From: a virus | Reading direction: 5' to 3' (one strand) | IMG/VR virus record: IMGVR_UViG_3300025600_000001 | Location: 32,001 to 96,000 of that record | Length of the DNA stretch: 64,000 nt | In this document: positions 56,701-64,000 of the stretch, piece by piece | Layout of the letters: each line of letters opens with the position of its first letter | Numbering within the stretch: the stretch's first letter is position 1 | Notes under the pieces: model-generated | What the model was told of the DNA's origin: nothing | Database searches by the model: none | Seen by the model: only the letters and a program-made list of their open reading frames with translations | Made by a program: the position numbers and the translations under genes

Positions 56701-59700
56701 TGCAATTCCTGATATAATTTTTTAGAAAGAAATTCTCCCTTATCAAACATTTCACCAAATTTCTGTTTGGCTTGTTCTCCTATTCCTAAATATGGAACTG
56801 CTTTTATATTTCCTTTATTATCCTTATAAACATTCTTTAAATAGACAAATAGTTTATCCACATCAAAGTCACTTCCCACTTTTCTAACTAAAGCAGAAGA
56901 AACCACAACACTATCACCAAAATCTTTAGGAAGGAATTTTTCTATTTTGAATACATCAATTGAATTCTTATCTTGTGTTGGAATCCTAAATGCAATCCCT
57001 CCTAATATCTTCTGACCTTCAGGGGTATTATTTAAATAATTAAGAAGTTCCTCATCAGAGAGAAGACTATCAAACCATCTTGACGCCATAATACCACATA
57101 CTCTCTTTCCATCTTCATCTATGTACCAACTTAAAACATCTGATGTATATATAGTTTTACCATTATCAAGTGTTTCTTTTACTATTTTATTTTCCTCCAG
57201 AAGGGTTGAAGAAATTTGTACAAGTTGTTTACCATTAATTTTAGGACGTACAACATTCTTATCAGCAATAGAATATAAAATATTTCTAATTTGTTTGTAA
57301 ATAGGTGTAGCTTCCAATACTACTTTTCCATCTTCAAATCCTTCAAGAGCATCTACAATATTACTATTTACTTCTTGTTTTAATACTTCATCTTTAAGAG
57401 TAGTGATTAATTTTTTAACATTAGTTATTTTAAATCCTTTGTTAGTTTTCTCAATCCCAAGTTTTTTTAATAAAGTCTGATAACCATGAAGTTGTTTAGC
57501 CTCCAATAATTCCTGATTATGAGTAATCTCTTTTCCAAGTTCTATATCTATAGGAACACCCATTTCTATAAGATCCATTGTAGCCTCTTTTGTCATCTGA
57601 CTACCTGTAGTAACTGAATGACCTTCTTTAGAGGGAACTTCTGATTGTGTAGATATAATTGAGAATGGTACATTAGTCACTCCTTGAAGAGAAGTAGGAT
57701 TATCTATTTGCTGTTTAGTTTCAAATGGAGTATCATTAAATTTCTCTCCAATATATAATTGATGAATAACTTCTGCCCCTACTTTTCTTCCTGATTTATA
57801 CACTGCATAATTTACTTGTTCATTTTCTAACTTATTATAAAATCTTACGGCATTTGAATTTGGATTTAATTCATGTAGTATTCTAAAAGAATGTACCACC
57901 ATAGCTATCTTATCAAGAATAAGATCATTATAATTTCTTCCATTTTCTTTATTTCCTCTTATAATAGGTTTTTTTGGTGTATATGTACTTTTTATATTAG
58001 GATTCTTTCCAATATAAGATACACTACTATCTTTATTTGTTCTCTTCTTTATTTCAAAAGCTTTTTCTTTTTCACTAAGAGTTAATCCTCGTCTTGCTCT
58101 TTCTTGATTAGAAAGATTTTCTCCTTGTACTGTTTTTTGATAAGCAATGTCATATCTAAATTGCTGTTCGTTATCATCAGTCCAGGTTCCTGCTCTTAAA
58201 CCAAATATTCTATTAGCTTTTAATGCAATAATAGCACCACCATCAGTTTCTTCCCAAGGAGTTGTATAACCTTCTGAATCATTAGCACTTTCTACATCAG
58301 CAAGTGTAACAGTTCTATAATATTCCTGTTTAAAATCTGTCCAGCCAATATCTTTTTTTTCAAATCCTTCATTATATTCTCTGTCAAGAGTTTCACTAAA
58401 AGATTTATTACTATGTATTAATGGTTGTGCTGGAGAACTAAAACTTTTAACACGTTTTAATTCTTGTGAATATTGATAAGGATCTGAATAAATTAGTTTA
58501 TGAAATTCAATGTTAGCAATGATATAATTAGTAGTCAACACTTGTAATTTCGTATTTAGAATTTTTTGAGTTAAATCTACATCCTGAGAAAATAAAAAGT
58601 TTTCTGCTATTATATTCTCTTCACTACCTTCAATAAGTCCATATTCTCTTAAAAGATTTTCTTTATCTTTTGATTCTATTTCAATGAATAATTTTATAGC
58701 AGCATTAATTTCAGATTTATTATCTTCATATACTTTTTCAGAAGATTCTTTATTAGCTATCACTTTTCTATGAAGTGTTTCTCCTAATATATCTTTGAAA
58801 AATCTAAGATCAGTAGCACTTTTTCCTTTTACAACATGTCTATTATCTCTGGAAAGCTCTATCTCTGAAATAAAATAATTCTTGAATATTTCAATATATC
58901 TTTTTTCCAGAAAGTCTTCTTCTGAAACAAAAGGATCATTAGAGTTATGCAATCTTGTTCCCCATTCCATTGATGCATCTCCAGGAACCAGTGTAAGATA
59001 TATACCATCAGAATTTAAATTTAATTCCTGAAGAAGTCTTTGTCTATATTTTAGTCTGGAGGATTCGTTTTTCTTTCCTGTTTGTTCATCTATTAAACCA
59101 TCTGCCACTTGTGTATGAAGAATGTTATCTGTATTACTTCTTCTTGCTCCTTTTCCTGTAGATGATATATTGAATATCTTTTGCAATACTACTGAACTAC
59201 TTACAATTTTAGTTCCTACACGTTTAGATGTAAATACATCTGTAAGAAGATATTTGTATCTTGTATCTTTTAAATCATCAATGTTCTTCACCTTACTGAT
59301 TATATCATGTAAATCACTTCCTGTATTGGTTCCAATATAAGTTTGTGTCTTTTCTCCATTTACATTAAAATATGTACTATCATATTCTGGATATTCAATA
59401 ATTGCCTGAATAGTTCCAAGTCTTAATAAATCTCCTTCGATATTTAATGTTTTTGAAGAAAGTGTAATCAGACTATAGTCTATAGGTTTCTTAGTCTCAT
59501 TATCATACACTTGTTTTCCTTCTTTATTTAGAAGAGGTTTCATTTTAGAGAAACTGGTCTGAATTCCTTCTATAGCACTTTTGAATACATCTTTCTGATT
59601 AGATGTGAGATGATTTATATCTTTAAATTTGAAATCAATATTTAGATTTTTTAAGAAGTTGATATAACTTTGAATATCTGTTAACTTGTAATCTGTTAAT

Positions 59701-62700
59701 ATTTTTGTTATTGTATATTTTCCTGTCTTTCCTTCATATGAGAAATAAGGAGTTTTGTCATTCTTAATAACATCTACTAATGTATAGAACAAACTTTTCT
59801 TAGATTGTCTTGCTACACTATTTAATGCACTATCAGCAATCTGTACTTCACCATCGGGTTGAATAAATACACTTATTACATCTGCATTCTGTTTTTTCAT
59901 TGCACTCCAGAAAGCTCCTATTAATTGTATGTCATGTCCTTTTAAATTAGTAAAATCAAACTTTTGTCCTTCAGAAGGACTCAGTTTAGTAATACGTTTA
60001 TATAAAGCAACGTAACTTGGATTCTTTAAAGCAAAATCATTAAACTTTGAAAACATATCTTCTGGATCAATTGCATCATATAATTGATTTAATAATTGAA
60101 TATTTACTACATCTGCTGCTAAAAGTTTTACACCACCAATTGTAGAAGGAGTCCAAGATGTTCCGTTTGTTGTTTGTGCCACTGTTCCAAATAGAAGTTT
60201 AATAGCTATATGAGCTTTTCTAAAACTATCAATTTTGTTTGCTGCCTGATAATCTCCTTTTCCAGAGTTCTCATCATCATTAATTATAACATCATCATTC
60301 TCGTCAAATTTGATATTAGAAGACAATAGACGTTCCTGATGTGCTTTAGCAATACTATCCCATTGTTTCTCAACAGTATTGTATAAAGTTTCTATATTGT
60401 TGTATTCATGAGTAGCTTGTTTAGCAGAGTATTTACCATTAGCAATACCATCTTCTACAGTATCACCTATAGCTCCTATATAGTCTAAAATCTCTTCTTT
60501 TAATCTATTGTACAGTTCTGTTTTCTTTTTCTTAAAGTTTTCAGAAACAGTGAATAAACTTTTATTATTGAGTGTCAATTCAGTAATGGTACTATATGTC
60601 ATTTGCTGTAAGATATCATGCAACTGTACATATGGAATTTCTTTCACTCTACTAAATTCTGCATGTTGTCCTGCAAATACATCTTCTATATCAATTATTC
60701 CTTTAGATGTATAATTCAATTTACTTTCATAAGGATTAAACTGTGTATAGTATCCGTTACCAATTTTATCAAATAATTTTTGAGTATTATTAATTGCATC
60801 TTTTCCTGTAAAGAAATGAACAATAAAATTCTTTAAATCATAAAATAGTTTACTAATCCAAGATTTACCTAAATTTCTTTCAACAAGTTTACCTGTAAGT
60901 CTAAAATCCCTAAACTCTTCAGAAAGTTCCTCTTTTAATTCAGCCTCTGTAGCTTTAGAATATTCAATATTTTCTCCTGTAATCCTATCCTGATAACTTC
61001 CTTGTCTATTTCTAAACTCATTTATAATAAGGGATTTTTCTTTTGGTCCAGCAAACATTTTCCATACAGCTTCAAATACCTCATGATATCCTGTACCAAT
61101 TTCGGCATTCTCATAAATATAAATAGCTCCATCTTGAAAAATACCCCAAGCTTGTTTTCCATTTGTTGCCTGAATAATATTTTTTACTCTATATACAGGA
61201 ATATTTGGAAAAGCAGTTTTTAGAAATTCTTCCAGTTTTGTCCAGTTTTCTCCTTCAAAATCATTAATCGTTTTAGCAAGTCTTGCTTCAAATTCTGGAT
61301 TAGAAGGTTTTACTCCTCTTTTTCTATTTTTAAAAGCTGAAGATTCATTAGAGGTTGTATCATTAATTGCTGGTTCAACAGGAATAGCATATGCTATTAA
61401 TTGTGGTTTTAATTTATTAAGAATAGATGCACCAATAATATCTCTAGCTTTTTCTTCTGTAAAACCTTTTTGTGTTATTAATACTTGTACTAATTCACCA
61501 TTGAATGTAGGAGTGAATCCTTCTTTTCCTTCAGATGCTATATATTTTTTTGCATCAAGTTTAAATGTTGTACTACCAAATGTTCCTATTTGAATAGTAT
61601 TATCTTTAACACCATCTAATACAAATTCCTCAGTTTTTCTTTCTTCTACTTTCTCTATAGGTGTAGCAACATGATCATCTATTGTACTTGTTATTGTAAA
61701 ATAAATGTTCTTTCTATTAAAATCATCTTCTCCTTTTATAGGTCTAAATTGTGTAACAAGAGGAATCTCTTCAGTTTTTCTTTGACTACCATCAGGATTT
61801 GTATTAGAAAGTAAATAGGTTTGATAATTTGTCCATTCTCTCATAATAGGTTCTCCTTGACCATCTATTCCTATTAGTTCAGAATATTTAACTGATGTAG
61901 GTTTATTTATTTGTGTAGCATTAGTATTATTGTACAATTCCTTAATAAGAAGGATAATATCATTTTTTGCATTAAGAAGTCCTGTTGGTGTAAATGTAAA
62001 TCCTTCTGTATTCTTTCCTGATATTTTTAATTTTGAAACTGGTTTACCGTTTTCAATTATATCTTCAAACCAAATATTATTATATCCTGCGGGTTTAGGT
62101 TCTTTGGTAGTAAAGTCTTTTGCTATTCCCCAATAAACAGTGGTACGTAACCAATTAAAAAGTCTATCAGATTTGGTTCCCTTTTTAACTGACCCTTCTT
62201 CCTGAGCGTTCTTGGTAATCTGAAGAAGACCATCAAATATTGTATTTGCTTCTTTGTCAGAAAACTTTCTATTAAAAAGTTTAGCAAGTCCTATTCCAGG
62301 AATTTTTAATACAACAGCACCAGTAAATAGTTTAAATGTAACACTACCTTCTGTAATATTATCATTTGTTGTTAATACTTTTATCACTTGTGTTTCTCCT
62401 AGCATTTCTGGAGATACAAGTCCTGAATCTTCTACAGGAGTTCTTGCAGAATAATCAATAATCTCTTTACCATTTTCATCTAATCTTGTTACATATTCCA
62501 CTGTTCCAAAAGAAGGAGTAAAGTCATATGATTTTCCTAATTTATCTTGAATAAGAATCTGTTTTCTTCGTTCTGCATATTGTAATTCTAATTCCCTTCT
62601 TATATCTTCAGGAGTATCATCCCTAAACATAGTTTCAGAAACATCATGATTACTGCTATCTTTATATGTAGCTGTAAGATGAGGATGTCCTTTTGCATCA

Positions 62701-63998
62701 AGTTTAGGAAGAGGTCTTACCTGAAATAATGCATATTCAAGAGGATTTGTATTCTCTTCTAAAGGATCACCAAATTCGTCAACTAACTGTCCTTTATCAT
62801 TAACTATGACAGCAACAATCATTTCATCAGCTTTATAAATGCCTACATCTATAGGAAGCATATGTCTGATTAATCCTAAAAGTCCTACTTCTTCTTCTGT
62901 TGCCTGTGTAACATCAAGTAATTTGAATGTTTTTCTTTTTTCCTCATCAAACTTGGCCCATCTATTTCCAAAACCATCAGTTCTCTTTTGATAAGGAACA
63001 TCAGCATTATTAGTAATAGTACTATCTCTTACCTGTTCATTAGTTTTTTTAGAATTTAATTCATAATGCCTTTCATCAAAATTACTCTGTACATCAGTAT
63101 CCATTGTACCAATGTATTCATCTTTTAATTTTTCATTATGAGAGAGAAGTTTCTCTTCTGCTTTTTGTTCTTTATAAATATCTGCTATTTCTTTAAATTT
63201 TGAATATATTGTGTCAATTGCTGTATATTCTTTTTGAACATCTTTTAATTGCTCCTCCAGATCTAACATTTGATTAGAGAACTCTTTTAATTTTTCTTGA
63301 TTAGGTACAATTTCAAAATCTTCGGTTTCTATAATTAAATCTTCAAGAGATCCTAAATCTTCTTTAAAATTAGGTTTAAGTTTTAAAAAGTTTGGATTTG
63401 ATTGTAAAAAATCAATCCATGTTTGTCCTAAAATAGCCATTGGTGTTTTAGGATATTTTTGTTGAAATTCTTTTACAAAGTCATTTAATACTTCAAAAGT
63501 AGAATTAATCAACTTATTAATTTTTTCAATTAGTTTTGCAATACTACTAATTTGATTAGTTATTTCTTTTTGAACATTCTGAAGAAGTCCTAAATGATCT
63601 TTCAATTCATTCATTAAATCCTTACTATCAATAGGAAGTTCATCAATATTTTGAGACATATCTTCTACATAGGCAATTGTATTGTCTATATCATCTTTCT
63701 GTGATTCTAAATCTGAAAGTTCTTGTTCAAGTTGTTCCTTAGTTCTTGTAAGTCTAACACTAGCTTCTAAATATTTTTTAGTAAGTTTCTTAAATTGTGT
63801 AGTTTTTTTAACTCTTTGATTTATAGCATTTTCTGATTCAATATCTTCTCTTAATAATTCAAGTCCAGTATTGATATTGTGTAATTCGTTTGTTTTTCTT
63901 TCAATAAGAGATTTGATTTTCTCCTGTTTACCAGAAAGTTCATCATATAAATCACTAAGAATTTTTAATCTATTCTCTCGCTGAAAATTACTACGTTC
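53793..63998 (-). CDS. Giant virion DNA-dependent RNA polymerase (5' part beyond the window)
   Basis: FRIPTQ...VGSDFDVDK catalytic DxDxD near 56853-56870; zincin-like YHEVFE near 61071-61091. The frame appears to stay open upstream of 63659 towards the window edge. Confidence 0.9.
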   Translation of the reverse strand, partial: ERSNFQRENRLKILSDLYDELSGKQEKIKSLIERKTNELHNINTGLELLREDIESENAINQRVKKTTQFKKLTKKYLEASVRLTRTKEQLEQELSDLESQKDDIDNTIAYVEDMSQNIDELPIDSKDLMNELKDHLGLLQNVQKEITNQISSIAKLIEKINKLINSTFEVLNDFVKEFQQKYPKTPMAILGQTWIDFLQSNPNFLKLKPNFKEDLGSLEDLIIETEDFEIVPNQEKLKEFSNQMLDLEEQLKDVQKEYTAIDTIYSKFKEIADIYKEQKAEEKLLSHNEKLKDEYIGTMDTDVQSNFDERHYELNSKKTNEQVRDSTITNNADVPYQKRTDGFGNRWAKFDEEKRKTFKLLDVTQATEEEVGLLGLIRHMLPIDVGIYKADEMIVAVIVNDKGQLVDEFGDPLEENTNPLEYALFQVRPLPKLDAKGHPHLTATYKDSSNHDVSETMFRDDTPEDIRRELELQYAERRKQILIQDKLGKSYDFTPSFGTVEYVTRLDENGKEIIDYSARTPVEDSGLVSPEMLGETQVIKVLTTNDNITEGSVTFKLFTGAVVLKIPGIGLAKLFNRKFSDKEANTIFDGLLQITKNAQEEGSVKKGTKSDRLFNWLRTTVYWGIAKDFTTKEPKPAGYNNIWFEDIIENGKPVSKLKISGKNTEGFTFTPTGLLNAKNDIILLIKELYNNTNATQINKPTSVKYSELIGIDGQGEPIMREWTNYQTYLLSNTNPDGSQRKTEEIPLVTQFRPIKGEDDFNRKNIYFTITSTIDDHVATPIEKVEERKTEEFVLDGVKDNTIQIGTFGSTTFKLDAKKYIASEGKEGFTPTFNGELVQVLITQKGFTEEKARDIIGASILNKLKPQLIAYAIPVEPAINDTTSNESSAFKNRKRGVKPSNPEFEARLAKTINDFEGENWTKLEEFLKTAFPNIPVYRVKNIIQATNGKQAWGIFQDGAIYIYENAEIGTGYHEVFEAVWKMFAGPKEKSLIINEFRNRQGSYQDRITGENIEYSKATEAELKEELSEEFRDFRLTGKLVERNLGKSWISKLFYDLKNFIVHFFTGKDAINNTQKLFDKIGNGYYTQFNPYESKLNYTSKGIIDIEDVFAGQHAEFSRVKEIPYVQLHDILQQMTYSTITELTLNNKSLFTVSENFKKKKTELYNRLKEEILDYIGAIGDTVEDGIANGKYSAKQATHEYNNIETLYNTVEKQWDSIAKAHQERLLSSNIKFDENDDVIINDDENSGKGDYQAANKIDSFRKAHIAIKLLFGTVAQTTNGTSWTPSTIGGVKLLAADVVNIQLLNQLYDAIDPEDMFSKFNDFALKNPSYVALYKRITKLSPSEGQKFDFTNLKGHDIQLIGAFWSAMKKQNADVISVFIQPDGEVQIADSALNSVARQSKKSLFYTLVDVIKNDKTPYFSYEGKTGKYTITKILTDYKLTDIQSYINFLKNLNIDFKFKDINHLTSNQKDVFKSAIEGIQTSFSKMKPLLNKEGKQVYDNETKKPIDYSLITLSSKTLNIEGDLLRLGTIQAIIEYPEYDSTYFNVNGEKTQTYIGTNTGSDLHDIISKVKNIDDLKDTRYKYLLTDVFTSKRVGTKIVSSSVVLQKIFNISSTGKGARRSNTDNILHTQVADGLIDEQTGKKNESSRLKYRQRLLQELNLNSDGIYLTLVPGDASMEWGTRLHNSNDPFVSEEDFLEKRYIEIFKNYFISEIELSRDNRHVVKGKSATDLRFFKDILGETLHRKVIANKESSEKVYEDNKSEINAAIKLFIEIESKDKENLLREYGLIEGSEENIIAENFLFSQDVDLTQKILNTKLQVLTTNYIIANIEFHKLIYSDPYQYSQELKRVKSFSSPAQPLIHSNKSFSETLDREYNEGFEKKDIGWTDFKQEYYRTVTLADVESANDSEGYTTPWEETDGGAIIALKANRIFGLRAGTWTDDNEQQFRYDIAYQKTVQGENLSNQERARRGLTLSEKEKAFEIKKRTNKDSSVSYIGKNPNIKSTYTPKKPIIRGNKENGRNYNDLILDKIAMVVHSFRILHELNPNSNAVRFYNKLENEQVNYAVYKSGRKVGAEVIHQLYIGEKFNDTPFETKQQIDNPTSLQGVTNVPFSIISTQSEVPSKEGHSVTTGSQMTKEATMDLIEMGVPIDIELGKEITHNQELLEAKQLHGYQTLLKKLGIEKTNKGFKITNVKKLITTLKDEVLKQEVNSNIVDALEGFEDGKVVLEATPIYKQIRNILYSIADKNVVRPKINGKQLVQISSTLLEENKIVKETLDNGKTIYTSDVLSWYIDEDGKRVCGIMASRWFDSLLSDEELLNYLNNTPEGQKILGGIAFRIPTQDKNSIDVFKIEKFLPKDFGDSVVVSSALVRKVGSDFDVDKLFVYLKNVYKDNKGNIKAVPYLGIGEQAKQKFGEMFDKGEFLSKKLYQELQAEIQAEGIAPGHQFIQSLFGELGVFTEEEITEDFMDSVIEEGEREMIIDLMYKKSLENEYIQSLERITSHPLNFAQLTRPNSAKDLKDLTKKINAKLGRKEIDYSSPGNMLKWSFMSYLRHAFVTGKQIIGIAAVGQASHSQRQRTLVYSDTSKITPEDKKWLGDGEIKFKEYNSEIINGKKVAVLSKIKSDNGKDFISNVNSAIIDGAVDVSNGTWLIELGFTPNVIATALFLLDSGVSKESVAYFLNQPIIKDYLRNIENKGYSWLFVDNIFSDMIDIYNVQEQMADETELPSEGELFDMIGKKTKDLTNKQKNQQQFILGEFTKYAKMTQQMFTVTQASNYDTANLNDSFLIFQKQEQLKKAQKTIFSSLDENNNVVPAVDNILKSSFVGPLKDLIFDIKDAFAEILIADKPNMRRVMEDVLRSYVDTSSKDFIKISQTAVSNMFDWAMQNSTRVNNKIASILLGNSSEKSAAEQIIAYRDEVLANPKHPLYNNLILRKIKQQGGDKLGKVNNLVITGRDNVYDQNLIIYGFEELKKVLKDENKDLYGKLVRLVVLQSGLTNSPIAFTSLLPYNDFVAIYNETLSSLETMSNLSNFSRLNVFERNNWNNENVTSFIRANMKPITDVSGIKVWKDANMFLDPKRKLQKAMDDGIIPKLVGLNPYEARDEFIVYSWETYISKKNRIVARKTGDRNHIHKALMKKVYNSDGSPMILSNIDKKTGIIYTKYIYKAINAWGDSYKAQELYDGLINNPLSTLGQQSVLDNGFDKYNEVEDYIITDILAGEKEITANAPINELLNTKSMADIPQNKISGIESYGSLTTANDEVKKVLGNNPHSIDMIDAGFRTRTTRSESEMAKYKIKIGDTIKNFGKSADGTTKTIYAKVTAIHPKGTIGWKGTWSKEGWRADDVKVIDRFKDGAAAIEFEVLKNAPINEIVSKLSSQEIKELLTGAPEGLPEIKRPPIKC
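53889..54324 (-). repeat. 19-bp perfect direct repeat pair flanking an in-frame domain
   Basis: TTCATTAATAGGAGCATTT at 53889-53907 and 54306-54324, 417 nt apart; both encode NAPINE. Confidence 0.85.
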
Positions 63999-64000
63999 AT

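Noticed and set aside
51178-62454. Short plus-strand ORFs within the giant genes, and short minus-strand ORFs within the replication block
   Set aside because: They are antisense to well-supported genes, have Phe/Ile/Ser-rich shadow composition and carry no motifs.
1-64000. Stop-codon reassignment (TAG or TGA) as in some crAss-like phages
   Set aside because: Genes up to 10 kb are intact in code 11, and TAG and TGA act as real stops at tightly coupled gene junctions.

Overview
AT-rich 64 kb segment of a crAss-like (Crassvirales-related) Bacteroidota phage genome, read in standard code 11. A plus-strand block (1-37430) carries replication, recombination and repair genes: the C-terminus of a family B DNA polymerase, DnaB-like helicase, SF2 helicase, AAA ATPase, SSB-like protein, primase, UDG, rIIA/rIIB, PD-(D/E)xK nuclease and RecA. 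It also holds small accessory ORFs, seven homing endonuclease genes (HEGs) and a glycosyltransferase/methyltransferase trio. A minus-strand block (37466-64000) converges on it, with a giant virion RNA polymerase (DFDVD motif, runs off the window), a second giant virion protein, Ser/Thr-rich putative surface proteins, lysis genes, an ice-binding protein and six tandem Lys-rich microproteins. The most striking pattern is that four free-standing HEGs (three GIY-YIG, one LAGLIDADG) each lie between a stranded, truncated 5' end of an essential gene and a complete copy of that gene whose 5' end is diverged and recoded. This suggests intron-less cassettes of promoter + endonuclease + replacement gene start. 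Other notable items are a probable virion O-glycosylation system, an ASCH-like domain flanked by a 19-bp direct repeat inside the RNA polymerase, and a holin-like gene frameshifted at a (TA)5 tract. All family assignments come from motif recognition by eye; no database searches were run.
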